Source of the DNA: an uncultured Clostridia bacterium
Lineage (GTDB): Bacteria; Bacillota; Clostridia; Oscillospirales; CAG-272
Direction: 5' to 3'
Assembly: GCA_947573405.1 (NCBI GenBank)
Contig: CANPFW010000004.1
Location: 1-53,915 of the forward strand
Length of the DNA stretch: 53,915 nt
The notes below the pieces were generated by a model. The model made no database searches, had not been told where the DNA came from, and saw nothing but the letters and a program-made list of their open reading frames with translations. The position numbers were made by a program, and so were the translations under genes. Every line of letters starts with the position of its first letter. The first letter of the stretch is position 1. This document shows, piece after piece, positions 1-8,352 of this stretch.

Positions 1-447
1 AAGAGGTGGGGATGGCTGCGCCGTGCCACCTCCCTTTGCACAAGGGAGGCTTAAAGAGGTGGGGATGGCTGCGCCGTGCCACCTCCCTTTGCACAAGGGA
101 GGCTTAAAAAGGTGAGGATGGCTGCGCCGTGCCACTCCCTTGGCATAGGGGAGGCTTGTATTCAGGTGAGGGGAGCTGTCGCAAAGTGCGAATGAAAAAA
201 GGCACCTTTGTGCAAATGGAGTTGTCGCGATAGCACAAATAAAAAAGGCCCCCTTGTGTAAAGGGGGCTCCCGCGGTAGCGGGTGGGGGATTGTCCTGCT
301 GCCATTTTGCAGAATCTTCAAATCGACAGCATTACTTATACAATCCCTCCGACACACCTTACGGTGTGTCACCTCCCTTGTGCAAAGGGAGGCTTAAAAA
401 GGCGAGAATGGCTGCGCTGTGCCATCTCCCTTTGCACAGGGGAGGAT
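1..447. repeat. Palindromic repeat cluster (locus A): three tandem ~53-bp end units (1-158), degenerate end copies, an inverted core (~247-393) and one more end unit
   Basis: 1-53 and 54-106 are identical; recurring hairpin CCTCCCTT-TGCAC-AAGGGAGG; GGGATTGT...ACAATCCC inverted pair. Confidence 0.9.
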
Positions 448-589
448 TATAAAGTATGTGCTTCTATGTTATCTTCCTTTGCTGAGAGAGCTTCTTGAAG
501 CTGGTGCTGCTTATGCGTTTTCCTATGCCGACTGGCTTATACTAAATTGTAAGAAATTTGTAAAATATGATTTTTTTGTATCACTTCCT

Positions 590-618
590 TTGACTGAAAG
601 ATGAAAATATGATATACT
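590..618 (+). promoter_or_regulatory. sigmaA-type promoter for the ruvC operon
   Basis: TTGACT-17 bp-TATACT with extended -10 TG. Confidence 0.65.
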
Positions 619-679
619 ATACGGAAAGTATTTTTATCATGGATAAATATCTTTGATGAACAAAAAAGCGGGGGGCGGC

Positions 680-1177
680 ATGATCATACTTGGAATTGAC
701 CCCGGCATTGCCATCGTGGGATGGGGCGTGCTGCGATACGAGGGAAGAAGCTTTGTCCCGCTGGCATACGGCTCTATTCAGACGAAGGCGGGAGAGAAAA
801 CAGAAGAGCGGCTTTTGCAGATTCATCGGGCGCTTGGGCAGATTCTGGACAAGTATCATCCGGATGCTATGTGTGTAGAGGAACTTTTCTGGAATACGAA
901 CCAAAAAACCGGTATTATTGTATCAGAAGCAAGAGGCGTTATACTGATGACTGCCCATGAACGAGGCGTTCCTATATCAGAATATACGCCGCTTCAGGTG
1001 AAACAGGCAGTAGTCGGTTACGGACGGGCGGATAAAAAACAGGTGATTACCATGGTAACATCTTTCCTCGGACTGCGGGAAGCACCAAAACCGGACGATA
1101 CTGCAGACGCACTGGCAATTGCAATCTGTCACGGACACAGCGCCTTTTCGAGAATCGGGCAGTTTTATAATAACTAA
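680..1177 (+). CDS. ruvC: Holliday junction resolvase RuvC
   Basis: ILGIDPG, VEELF, QVKQAVVGYGRADKKQV and DDTADALAIAICH motifs. Confidence 0.95.
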   Translation: MIILGIDPGIAIVGWGVLRYEGRSFVPLAYGSIQTKAGEKTEERLLQIHRALGQILDKYHPDAMCVEELFWNTNQKTGIIVSEARGVILMTAHERGVPISEYTPLQVKQAVVGYGRADKKQVITMVTSFLGLREAPKPDDTADALAIAICHGHSAFSRIGQFYNN

Positions 1178-1197
1178 TTACAGAATGTGGTGGAATC

Positions 1198-2091
1198 ATG
1201 TGGGCAAATGATACATGGAAAGATTACGCGCTGCTGGACGCATCGGCAGGGGAGCGGTTGGAGCGATGGGGAGATTATATCCTGATTCGCCCCGATCCCC
1301 AGGTGATTTGGAATACGAAGCGAAAAAATCCTCTCTGGAAATCAGCAGACGCAGTCTATAAAAGAAGCAAATCCGGCGGCGGTGCGTGGACGGTGTGTAA
1401 AATTCCGGAAAGCTGGAATATCCAGTACGGTGCACTCACGTTTCAACTGCGTCCTATGGGATTTAAGCATACAGGGCTTTTTCCGGAACAGGCGGTCAAC
1501 TGGGACTGGTTTTCCGGGATTATCCGCAGTGCTGCGATGGCAGGACGAAAGCCGAATGTACTAAATCTGTTCGCGTATACCGGCGGCGCTACGGCTGCGG
1601 CTGCTGCGGCAGGCGCGTCTGTATGTCATGTGGATGCTGCAAAAGGTATGGTGCAGGCTGCAAAGGAAAACCTGCGTTTGTCCGGACTGGGCGACGCGCC
1701 GGTTCGGTATATTGTGGACGACTGCAAGAAATTTGTGGAGCGTGAAATCCGGCGCGGGAAAAAATATGACGCGGTGATTATGGATCCGCCGTCTTACGGG
1801 CGCGGCCCCGGCGGAGAAATCTGGAAGCTGGAAAATTGCGCCCATGAACTGATCTCCCTCGCGGCGTCCCTTATGACGGAAAAACCGCTGTTTTTCCTTG
1901 TAAATTCGTATACCACCGGACTTTCTCCGGCAACCATGGGCTATATGGTGATGCAGGCTATGGGAAATCGGGGGCAGATTGATACCGGTGAGCTTGGACT
2001 GCGTGTAGAGGAAACAGGGTTGCTTTTGCCTGCGGGAGCCAGCGCACGGTGGACACCGAACGACACTACAGCAAAGAAATCGGAGAAATAA
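1198..2091 (+). CDS. Class I SAM-dependent methyltransferase (RlmI/RlmK-like rRNA methyltransferase)
   Basis: VLNLFAYTGG SAM motif, DPPSYG, HTGLFPEQ. Confidence 0.85.
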   Translation: MWANDTWKDYALLDASAGERLERWGDYILIRPDPQVIWNTKRKNPLWKSADAVYKRSKSGGGAWTVCKIPESWNIQYGALTFQLRPMGFKHTGLFPEQAVNWDWFSGIIRSAAMAGRKPNVLNLFAYTGGATAAAAAAGASVCHVDAAKGMVQAAKENLRLSGLGDAPVRYIVDDCKKFVEREIRRGKKYDAVIMDPPSYGRGPGGEIWKLENCAHELISLAASLMTEKPLFFLVNSYTTGLSPATMGYMVMQAMGNRGQIDTGELGLRVEETGLLLPAGASARWTPNDTTAKKSEK

Positions 2092-2976
2092 ATGAGCACC
2101 ATAATAAAAGCGGAGCATATATCCTATTCCTATCCCGGTGATGAGGAAGGGCAGACGGTAGAAGCGCTGCGGGACGTAAGCTTTTCCATTGAAGAAGGAG
2201 AGTTCGTGGCGATTTTAGGGCACAACGGCTGCGGTAAGTCTACCTTGGCGAAGATTCTCTGCATGATCTTTCTTCCGGGAGAGGGAAAGCTGTACATTGA
2301 CGGTAAGGATATGACCGAGGACAGCATAACAGAGGAAGATATCAACAACGGTCGCCGAAAGGTAGGCATGGTGTTCCAGAATCCGGATAACCAGTTGGTG
2401 GCAACAATTGTTGAGGAAGATATTGCATTCGGACCGGAAAATTTAGGACTGCCGCCGGAAAAAATCCGGCAGCGGGTGGATTGGGCACTGGAAACCGTGG
2501 GCATGACGAAATATGCGCGCCACGCGGCGCACCGTTTGTCCGGCGGACAGAAACAGCGGGTTGCCATTGCGGGTGCGATTGCCATGCACCGGAAATGCAT
2601 TATTTTTGATGAAAGCACTGCCATGCTGGACCCCCACGGCAGAAAAGAAGTAATGGATACGATTTCACGGCTCAACCGGGAAGAGGGAATTACCGTTATC
2701 CATATCACCCACTATATGAATGAAGCAACTATGGCGGATCGTGTGCTGGTAATGCAGCAGGGCGGTATTATTATGGAGGGAAAACCGACGGAGGTTTTCA
2801 GCCGTGCTGAAGAACTGTGGCAGGCGAAATTGGACGTTCCCCAGACAACGGAACTGCTGTGGCATGTCCGGCAGGCGGGCTATGACGTAGCATTGGATAT
2901 CTTTGATCCGGCAGACTGCGCTGCTGAAATTGCAAGAGCCTTGGAAGGAAAAACACATGGCGGAAATAACACTTGA
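2092..2976 (+). CDS. ecfA1: ECF transporter ATPase EcfA1
   Basis: GHNGCGKST, FQNPDNQ, LSGGQKQR; lies in ecfA-ecfA-ecfT-truA order. Confidence 0.92.
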   Translation: MSTIIKAEHISYSYPGDEEGQTVEALRDVSFSIEEGEFVAILGHNGCGKSTLAKILCMIFLPGEGKLYIDGKDMTEDSITEEDINNGRRKVGMVFQNPDNQLVATIVEEDIAFGPENLGLPPEKIRQRVDWALETVGMTKYARHAAHRLSGGQKQRVAIAGAIAMHRKCIIFDESTAMLDPHGRKEVMDTISRLNREEGITVIHITHYMNEATMADRVLVMQQGGIIMEGKPTEVFSRAEELWQAKLDVPQTTELLWHVRQAGYDVALDIFDPADCAAEIARALEGKTHGGNNT

Positions 2977-3811
2977 AAATGTAACCTATGTTTACGGAAA
3001 AGGTGCGCCGTATGAAATGCGGGCGCTGGATGACGTAAGTCTCACATTCCGCCCGGGTGAGGTGACCGGCTTGATCGGTCATACCGGCAGCGGAAAATCT
3101 ACCCTTGTGCAGATGCTCAACGGACTTCTGAAACCGGATAGCGGCAGAGTTTTGCTGGATGGAAAGGATATTTGGGCGGATCCCAAAAAGATCCAGGATA
3201 TCCGATTTCGTGTGGGACTGGTAATGCAGTATCCGGAATATCAGCTGTTCGATGAAACAGTGGAATCGGATATCGGGTTCGGTCCGAAAAATATGGGTAT
3301 GGAACCAGAAAAAATCAAACAGGCAGTTGCGCGCGCAGCACAGTTTGCGGGGCTCTCTCCCGAACTGCTCAGTAAGTCCCCGTTTGATTTGTCGGGCGGG
3401 CAGAAACGGCGGGCCGCTCTTGCCGGGGTTATGGCTATGGAGCCGGATGTTTTGGTGCTGGACGAGCCTGCGGCGGGATTGGATCCCGGCGGACGCAGGG
3501 AGATTCTCGGCAGAATCCGGGAATATCAGCAGGAAAGTGGTGCCAATGTAATCATTGTATCCCACAGTATGGAGGATATGGCGTTGTACTGTGACCGGGT
3601 TCTGGTGATGGAAAACGGGAAACTGGTCATGAGCGGCACCCCGGCGGAGGTATTCAGTCGTGCGGAGGAGCTGATTGCCGTAGGGTTGGACGTGCCCCAG
3701 ATCACCCGCGTGGCACGTGCACTGCGGGAGGTTGGCGTGGATATCGGACTGGATATATATACGGTGAAATTTGCCGCGCAGCGGCTGCTGTCCGGGAAAG
3801 GAAAAGCCTGA
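2957..3811 (+). CDS. ecfA2: ECF transporter ATPase EcfA2
   Basis: GHTGSGKST, QYPEYQLF, LSGGQKRR; start MAEITLENV after GGAAGGA. Confidence 0.92.
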   Translation: MAEITLENVTYVYGKGAPYEMRALDDVSLTFRPGEVTGLIGHTGSGKSTLVQMLNGLLKPDSGRVLLDGKDIWADPKKIQDIRFRVGLVMQYPEYQLFDETVESDIGFGPKNMGMEPEKIKQAVARAAQFAGLSPELLSKSPFDLSGGQKRRAALAGVMAMEPDVLVLDEPAAGLDPGGRREILGRIREYQQESGANVIIVSHSMEDMALYCDRVLVMENGKLVMSGTPAEVFSRAEELIAVGLDVPQITRVARALREVGVDIGLDIYTVKFAAQRLLSGKGKA

Positions 3812-3938
3812 AAGATGAGAAACTATAAAAGCCAAAGCCTGCTGCTTTCAGATACGATTTGCACCTTGCGGCTCACGAAAAGCCGCATTTCGCCGCCGTT
3901 GAAACCGGCGCAAATCCAGAGAAAGGTGCGGGTTACAC

Positions 3939-4766
3939 ATGAAAGCTGATATTGCGTTCGGACAGTATTATGAGGGAAATTCCTTTCTGCACAGACTGGA
4001 TCCCCGGTGGAAGATTCTCTTTTCCATTTTTTATATAGTTGTTATATTCCTTGCTAAGAATATATTTGCCTTTGCCTTGCTGGTGCTGTCGGCAATCCTG
4101 CTGATCGCTGTCAGCCGTATTCCTCTGCGTATGATTCTGCGGGGACTTAAACCGTTGATTTTTATTATAGCCTTTACTGCAGTTATCAACATTTTCTGGC
4201 TGAAGGGCAACACCGTATTGGTCGATTGGTGGATTATTCATATCTATTTGGAGGGGATCATTAACGCACTCCTGATCGTAGTGCGGGTGGTGATTTTGGT
4301 AGCGGGAACCAGCGTTTTGCTGACCTATACCACAACACCTCTTGCACTGACGGACGGTCTGGAACGGCTTTTGTCACCGCTGGCAAAGATTCGCCTGCCT
4401 GTGCATGAGTTTTCTATGATGATGACCATAGCACTGCGTTTTATCCCCACCTTGGTGGAGGAAACAGAAAAGATTATGAACGCCCAAAAAGCGAGAGGGG
4501 CTGACTTTTCAACCGGCTCTCTGGCACGCCGGGCAAAGGCGCTGATTCCGATTTTGATTCCTCTTTTCATTTCTGCTTTCCGCCGCGCGGAAGAATTGGC
4601 AACCGCCATGGAATGCCGGTGCTATACCGGCGGAAAAGGGCGTACGCGGATGAATATTCTGCATTCCACCTGGAGGGATCCTGCGATGTGTCTGGCGCTT
4701 TGCGCACTGTGTGCAGGCGTTGTGCTGCTCAATTATTTCGCTCCCGGTTATACCTTGGCAATGTAA
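3939..4766 (+). CDS. ecfT: ECF transporter transmembrane subunit EcfT
   Basis: LHRLDPR, ALRFIPTL, AQKARG, AMECRCY motifs. Confidence 0.93.
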   Translation: MKADIAFGQYYEGNSFLHRLDPRWKILFSIFYIVVIFLAKNIFAFALLVLSAILLIAVSRIPLRMILRGLKPLIFIIAFTAVINIFWLKGNTVLVDWWIIHIYLEGIINALLIVVRVVILVAGTSVLLTYTTTPLALTDGLERLLSPLAKIRLPVHEFSMMMTIALRFIPTLVEETEKIMNAQKARGADFSTGSLARRAKALIPILIPLFISAFRRAEELATAMECRCYTGGKGRTRMNILHSTWRDPAMCLALCALCAGVVLLNYFAPGYTLAM

Positions 4767-4776
4767 GCAGGTTATT

Positions 4777-5571
4777 ATGAAAATTGTATTAAAGGTACAA
4801 TATATCGGTACAGAATATTGCGGATTTCAGTGTCAGAAGAACGGATCAAGCATACAGGAAATTTTAACTGTGACGGCGTCCCGTGTGTTCGGCAGACCTT
4901 GCAGTATCACCGGATGCAGCAGAACGGATGCCGGCGTGCATGCGTTGGGATATGTTTGTGCTGTGGCTCCTGCTGATGGAACCGTTACGGAAAATTGGTG
5001 CATGGTTCCTATAGGAAAGATTCACCGGGCGTTTGCCCCCCTCCTTCCGCCGGATATTTCCGTATGTGCGGCAGCCCAGGTTCCCGATGGATTTCATCCC
5101 CGGTATGACGCTGTACAAAAAGAATATATATACCGGATTTGGGACGCACCCTACGGGGATCCCTTTGCCCGGGGCAGAAGCTATCACAGCATCCGCAGAA
5201 TTGCGCCGGAGAGGCTGGAGCGTATGCAGGCTGCGGCTGCAGCATATGTGGGACAGTATGACTTCCGTGCATTTATGGCAGGGAATCCCGGTGAAAAAGA
5301 TACGGTTCGTACTGTTATGGGGGCAGATGTACAGCGCGGAACAGACGGTATGATCGTGTTTTCTGTTTCCGCCAACGGATTTTTATATAATATGGTACGG
5401 ATCATGACCGGCACGCTTCTGGAAGCGGCAGCCGGGAAAATATCCCCCCGGGATATTCCGGATATTATTGCCTGCGGTGATCGGAACCGTGCGGGATTTA
5501 CTGCCCCGCCGGAGGGACTCTACCTGCGCAGCGTGCAGTATCCGGAGCAAATTCTGTGGCAGTGTGAATAA
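4777..5571 (+). CDS. truA: tRNA pseudouridine(38-40) synthase
   Basis: SRTDAGVHA, GFLYNMVR, TAPPEGLYL. Confidence 0.93.
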   Translation: MKIVLKVQYIGTEYCGFQCQKNGSSIQEILTVTASRVFGRPCSITGCSRTDAGVHALGYVCAVAPADGTVTENWCMVPIGKIHRAFAPLLPPDISVCAAAQVPDGFHPRYDAVQKEYIYRIWDAPYGDPFARGRSYHSIRRIAPERLERMQAAAAAYVGQYDFRAFMAGNPGEKDTVRTVMGADVQRGTDGMIVFSVSANGFLYNMVRIMTGTLLEAAAGKISPRDIPDIIACGDRNRAGFTAPPEGLYLRSVQYPEQILWQCE

Positions 5572-5589
5572 ATTCTTGGGAGAGGAGGC

Positions 5590-6918
5590 ATGCATATGGC
5601 TGGTAAAAACAGCGAATTGGAACAGGACGAGCTGATCCGAACGGGCAGCCGGAGGAAAAAGGCGTCCGGTAAACGGGTGCGCGGCAGAAAAGCACCGGAT
5701 GATCCGGATGCGCGCAAAAAGAAGCGATCGGCGCATATTTCTATTGCGTTGGATGACGAGGCGCCTGCCGTCAACAGCTATTATATAGCGATTGCAGACC
5801 GGTACAGATGGGCGAAACTTTTGTCTGTGATTCTTCTGGTTGCGTTTTTGCTGATTATGCTCCTTTTTTACCGAAAGAATATTACTTACGGGAACCTGAT
5901 GTATCTGATCCGGGATCTGGATACCGGCGTTGTATCTGCAGTGGGAAAATATGCGGATATCAGCTATGAGCGGCAGTATGCCCCTTCTTTTGCACTGTTC
6001 CGGGATCGGATTGCGGTTGCAGGAGCTTCCGGATTTCGTTTGTATAATGCATCGGGATCCAAAGAACTGGATTATGAAAGCGCTTACGGAGATCCGCGAT
6101 TGGTTACAGGAAATAAATATGCGCTGCTGTATGACGCGGCGGGAAAATCCTATTCTATGTATACAACCATTGCCCGGGTGCTCAACAGTGAAGCGGATCG
6201 GGTGATTGAAGACGCTGCTGTGGCAGACGACGGCACTTATGCGCTGCTTACCGGATCGGACGAATCCAAATATCTCATCACTGTTTACAGTCCGGACTTC
6301 AAGCCCGTTGTGAAATATTATAAAGATAAATATGTAATTGATATTGCACTGGACTCCAAGGGAGAGCATATGGCTGTGCTGTCCGCCGGGGCAGCCGGCG
6401 CAGGGGCATCCTGCGAAATTATGTTCTGTACCGTAGGCAGTGAGAAAACTGTGTCTACAGAACTGCAGAATACAATGCCGCTGTTTGCCGGATATACAGA
6501 TAACGGAAAGCTTGCAGTGGTGTGCGATAACAAGGTGCTGTTTTACGATGGAGAAACGCTGTGCGGTCAGTACGATATTGCAGGTGCCGTTCCGGTCGGG
6601 TTTGATTTGAGCGGAGATTATCTTGCGTTGGCAGTGTCAAAAAATGCGGTTGGTTCGGAAAATGATATAATTCTATTTGACACCGACGGCAATATCATAT
6701 ATAATAATACAATCAATGAAAAAGTTTGGATGATTGCGGCGGATGGGAATCGATCCGTTTATGTTCTTTATGAGGACAAGGTGCAGCAGTATGCTGTATC
6801 CGGCGGAGAGCCAGTCACGGAAACCCTTCGGGGTGAGGCGCTGGACATTTTGCCGGCGTCCGGCGGCGCAGTCATTTGTGAGACCGGCGGAACATATTCT
6901 CTCTTTTTCGGTGAATGA
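5590..6918 (+). CDS. Membrane-anchored hypothetical protein, probable beta-propeller (DUF5711-like)
   Basis: Basic N-terminus, single TM helix, beta-rich repeats; GAGGAGG RBS. Confidence 0.6.
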   Translation: MHMAGKNSELEQDELIRTGSRRKKASGKRVRGRKAPDDPDARKKKRSAHISIALDDEAPAVNSYYIAIADRYRWAKLLSVILLVAFLLIMLLFYRKNITYGNLMYLIRDLDTGVVSAVGKYADISYERQYAPSFALFRDRIAVAGASGFRLYNASGSKELDYESAYGDPRLVTGNKYALLYDAAGKSYSMYTTIARVLNSEADRVIEDAAVADDGTYALLTGSDESKYLITVYSPDFKPVVKYYKDKYVIDIALDSKGEHMAVLSAGAAGAGASCEIMFCTVGSEKTVSTELQNTMPLFAGYTDNGKLAVVCDNKVLFYDGETLCGQYDIAGAVPVGFDLSGDYLALAVSKNAVGSENDIILFDTDGNIIYNNTINEKVWMIAADGNRSVYVLYEDKVQQYAVSGGEPVTETLRGEALDILPASGGAVICETGGTYSLFFGE

Positions 6919-6982
6919 GCCGGGAAGTTCTGCAATACAATATATAGAAACATGCTTGCTCCAAAGAAAGGCAAGGTTTAAT

Positions 6983-7723
6983 ATGCATTTTATATTGGAT
7001 ATTATCATTGTCGCGCTGTGTGCGCTGACGATATTAATAAGCTACAAACGGGGATTTTTTAAATCCGTCATGAGTCTGTGCTCCGGTATCGGTGCACTGC
7101 TTGTAGCGTATACGTTTACACCCAAGCTTGCCCTGTTTGTTAAGGAAAAATTTTTGCTGGATAAAATTGCCGGCGGTGTGGTAGATACTCTCGCTTCTAT
7201 GGCAAAGGCGGGCGCAGACGGCGCACAGAACATGGTGTATGATTTGTCCAAACTTTTGGAAAATTCACAGTTTTTGAAAATTCTGGACCAATACGGTGCA
7301 GATTCTCAGCATATAACCGAACTGATCAACAGTGCCAACGATGGCAGTCATGCCGCAGTGGAGCAGGTGTCTTACGCAGTGGCGGATCCCATCGCCGGAA
7401 CCATTGCCAATATTGCTTCATTTATCGGTTTGTTTCTGGCGGCAATTTTGGTGCTGCGACTGATTACGTGGGCAATCGGGATTGTGTTTACGCTTCCAGT
7501 ACTGCGCGGTGTGGATAAAACACTGGGGCTTGTTTTCGGTGTGATCAGCGCGCTCCTCTTTGTATGGATTTTTGCAATGGTTGCCGATGCAGCGGTGCAG
7601 GCGATTGCTTCCGTTGCCCCGGGAACGATAGATGCGGCTGTGCTGGACGACTCTGTTTTACTGAAGTTTTTTGCGCAGTATAATCCGGTAGAAGCGATTA
7701 CGAACGCTGTTTTCGGTCATTAA
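6983..7723 (+). CDS. CvpA family membrane protein
   Basis: ILDIII..GYKRGF-like start (SYKRGFF) and DKTLGLVFG motif. Confidence 0.75.
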   Translation: MHFILDIIIVALCALTILISYKRGFFKSVMSLCSGIGALLVAYTFTPKLALFVKEKFLLDKIAGGVVDTLASMAKAGADGAQNMVYDLSKLLENSQFLKILDQYGADSQHITELINSANDGSHAAVEQVSYAVADPIAGTIANIASFIGLFLAAILVLRLITWAIGIVFTLPVLRGVDKTLGLVFGVISALLFVWIFAMVADAAVQAIASVAPGTIDAAVLDDSVLLKFFAQYNPVEAITNAVFGH

Positions 7724-7761
7724 CTAATAATTTATAAACTTTTTCAGAAAGGTTCACTTTT

Positions 7762-8352
7762 ATGAAGGCAAAGTACATTCCGAATATTTTGTCAATTGTA
7801 CGGCTTCTTATGTCTTTTGCGTTTGCAGCCATTTTTATCTGGGCGTATCCGGATTATGTAATGCTGGCTGTGGTGATTTTCGTTCTGTCCGGTATAACGG
7901 ATGTGGTGGACGGAATTCTTGCGAGAAAATTTGACTGGGTTACAAATGCAGGAAAAATTCTGGATCCCCTCGCAGATAAGCTGATGCAGTGCACAGCGCT
8001 GCTTTGTCTGGTCTTTCGAGAAATTGTTCCCTGGTGGATCTTGATTTTGATTGTGCTCAAAGAACTGATGATGGGCTGCGGCGCCATTGTTCTCTTTAAG
8101 AAAAGCAGAGAGATCGGTGTGTCCAAATATTTTGGCAAGGCATATACGGTGGTATTTTACGCCGTGGTTATGCTGTTCCTGCTGTTCCAGGATTGGTTTA
8201 GTGTAAATATGTGGGCTACCTACGTTTTGTGTATATTCACAGCGGTGATAGCATTTGGCGTGCTGGTTCTGTATTATATCAGCTATTTAAAGAATAAAAT
8301 GAGAAAGCAGAGAAAGGCGACAACGGATGGTAATGTGTGCAAGATGCCATAA
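7762..8352 (+). CDS. pgsA: CDP-alcohol phosphatidyltransferase (PgsA-like)
   Basis: PNILS..R and DVVDGILARK..GKILDPLADK signature. Confidence 0.85.
   Translation: MKAKYIPNILSIVRLLMSFAFAAIFIWAYPDYVMLAVVIFVLSGITDVVDGILARKFDWVTNAGKILDPLADKLMQCTALLCLVFREIVPWWILILIVLKELMMGCGAIVLFKKSREIGVSKYFGKAYTVVFYAVVMLFLLFQDWFSVNMWATYVLCIFTAVIAFGVLVLYYISYLKNKMRKQRKATTDGNVCKMP

Noticed and set aside
1-158. Possible CRISPR array
   Set aside because: Units are full tandem duplicates with no unique spacers, no cas genes are present, and the motif is dispersed at other loci.
680-1177. RuvC as part of a Cas/TnpB nuclease
   Set aside because: It is a stand-alone ~165-aa canonical resolvase in a housekeeping operon.
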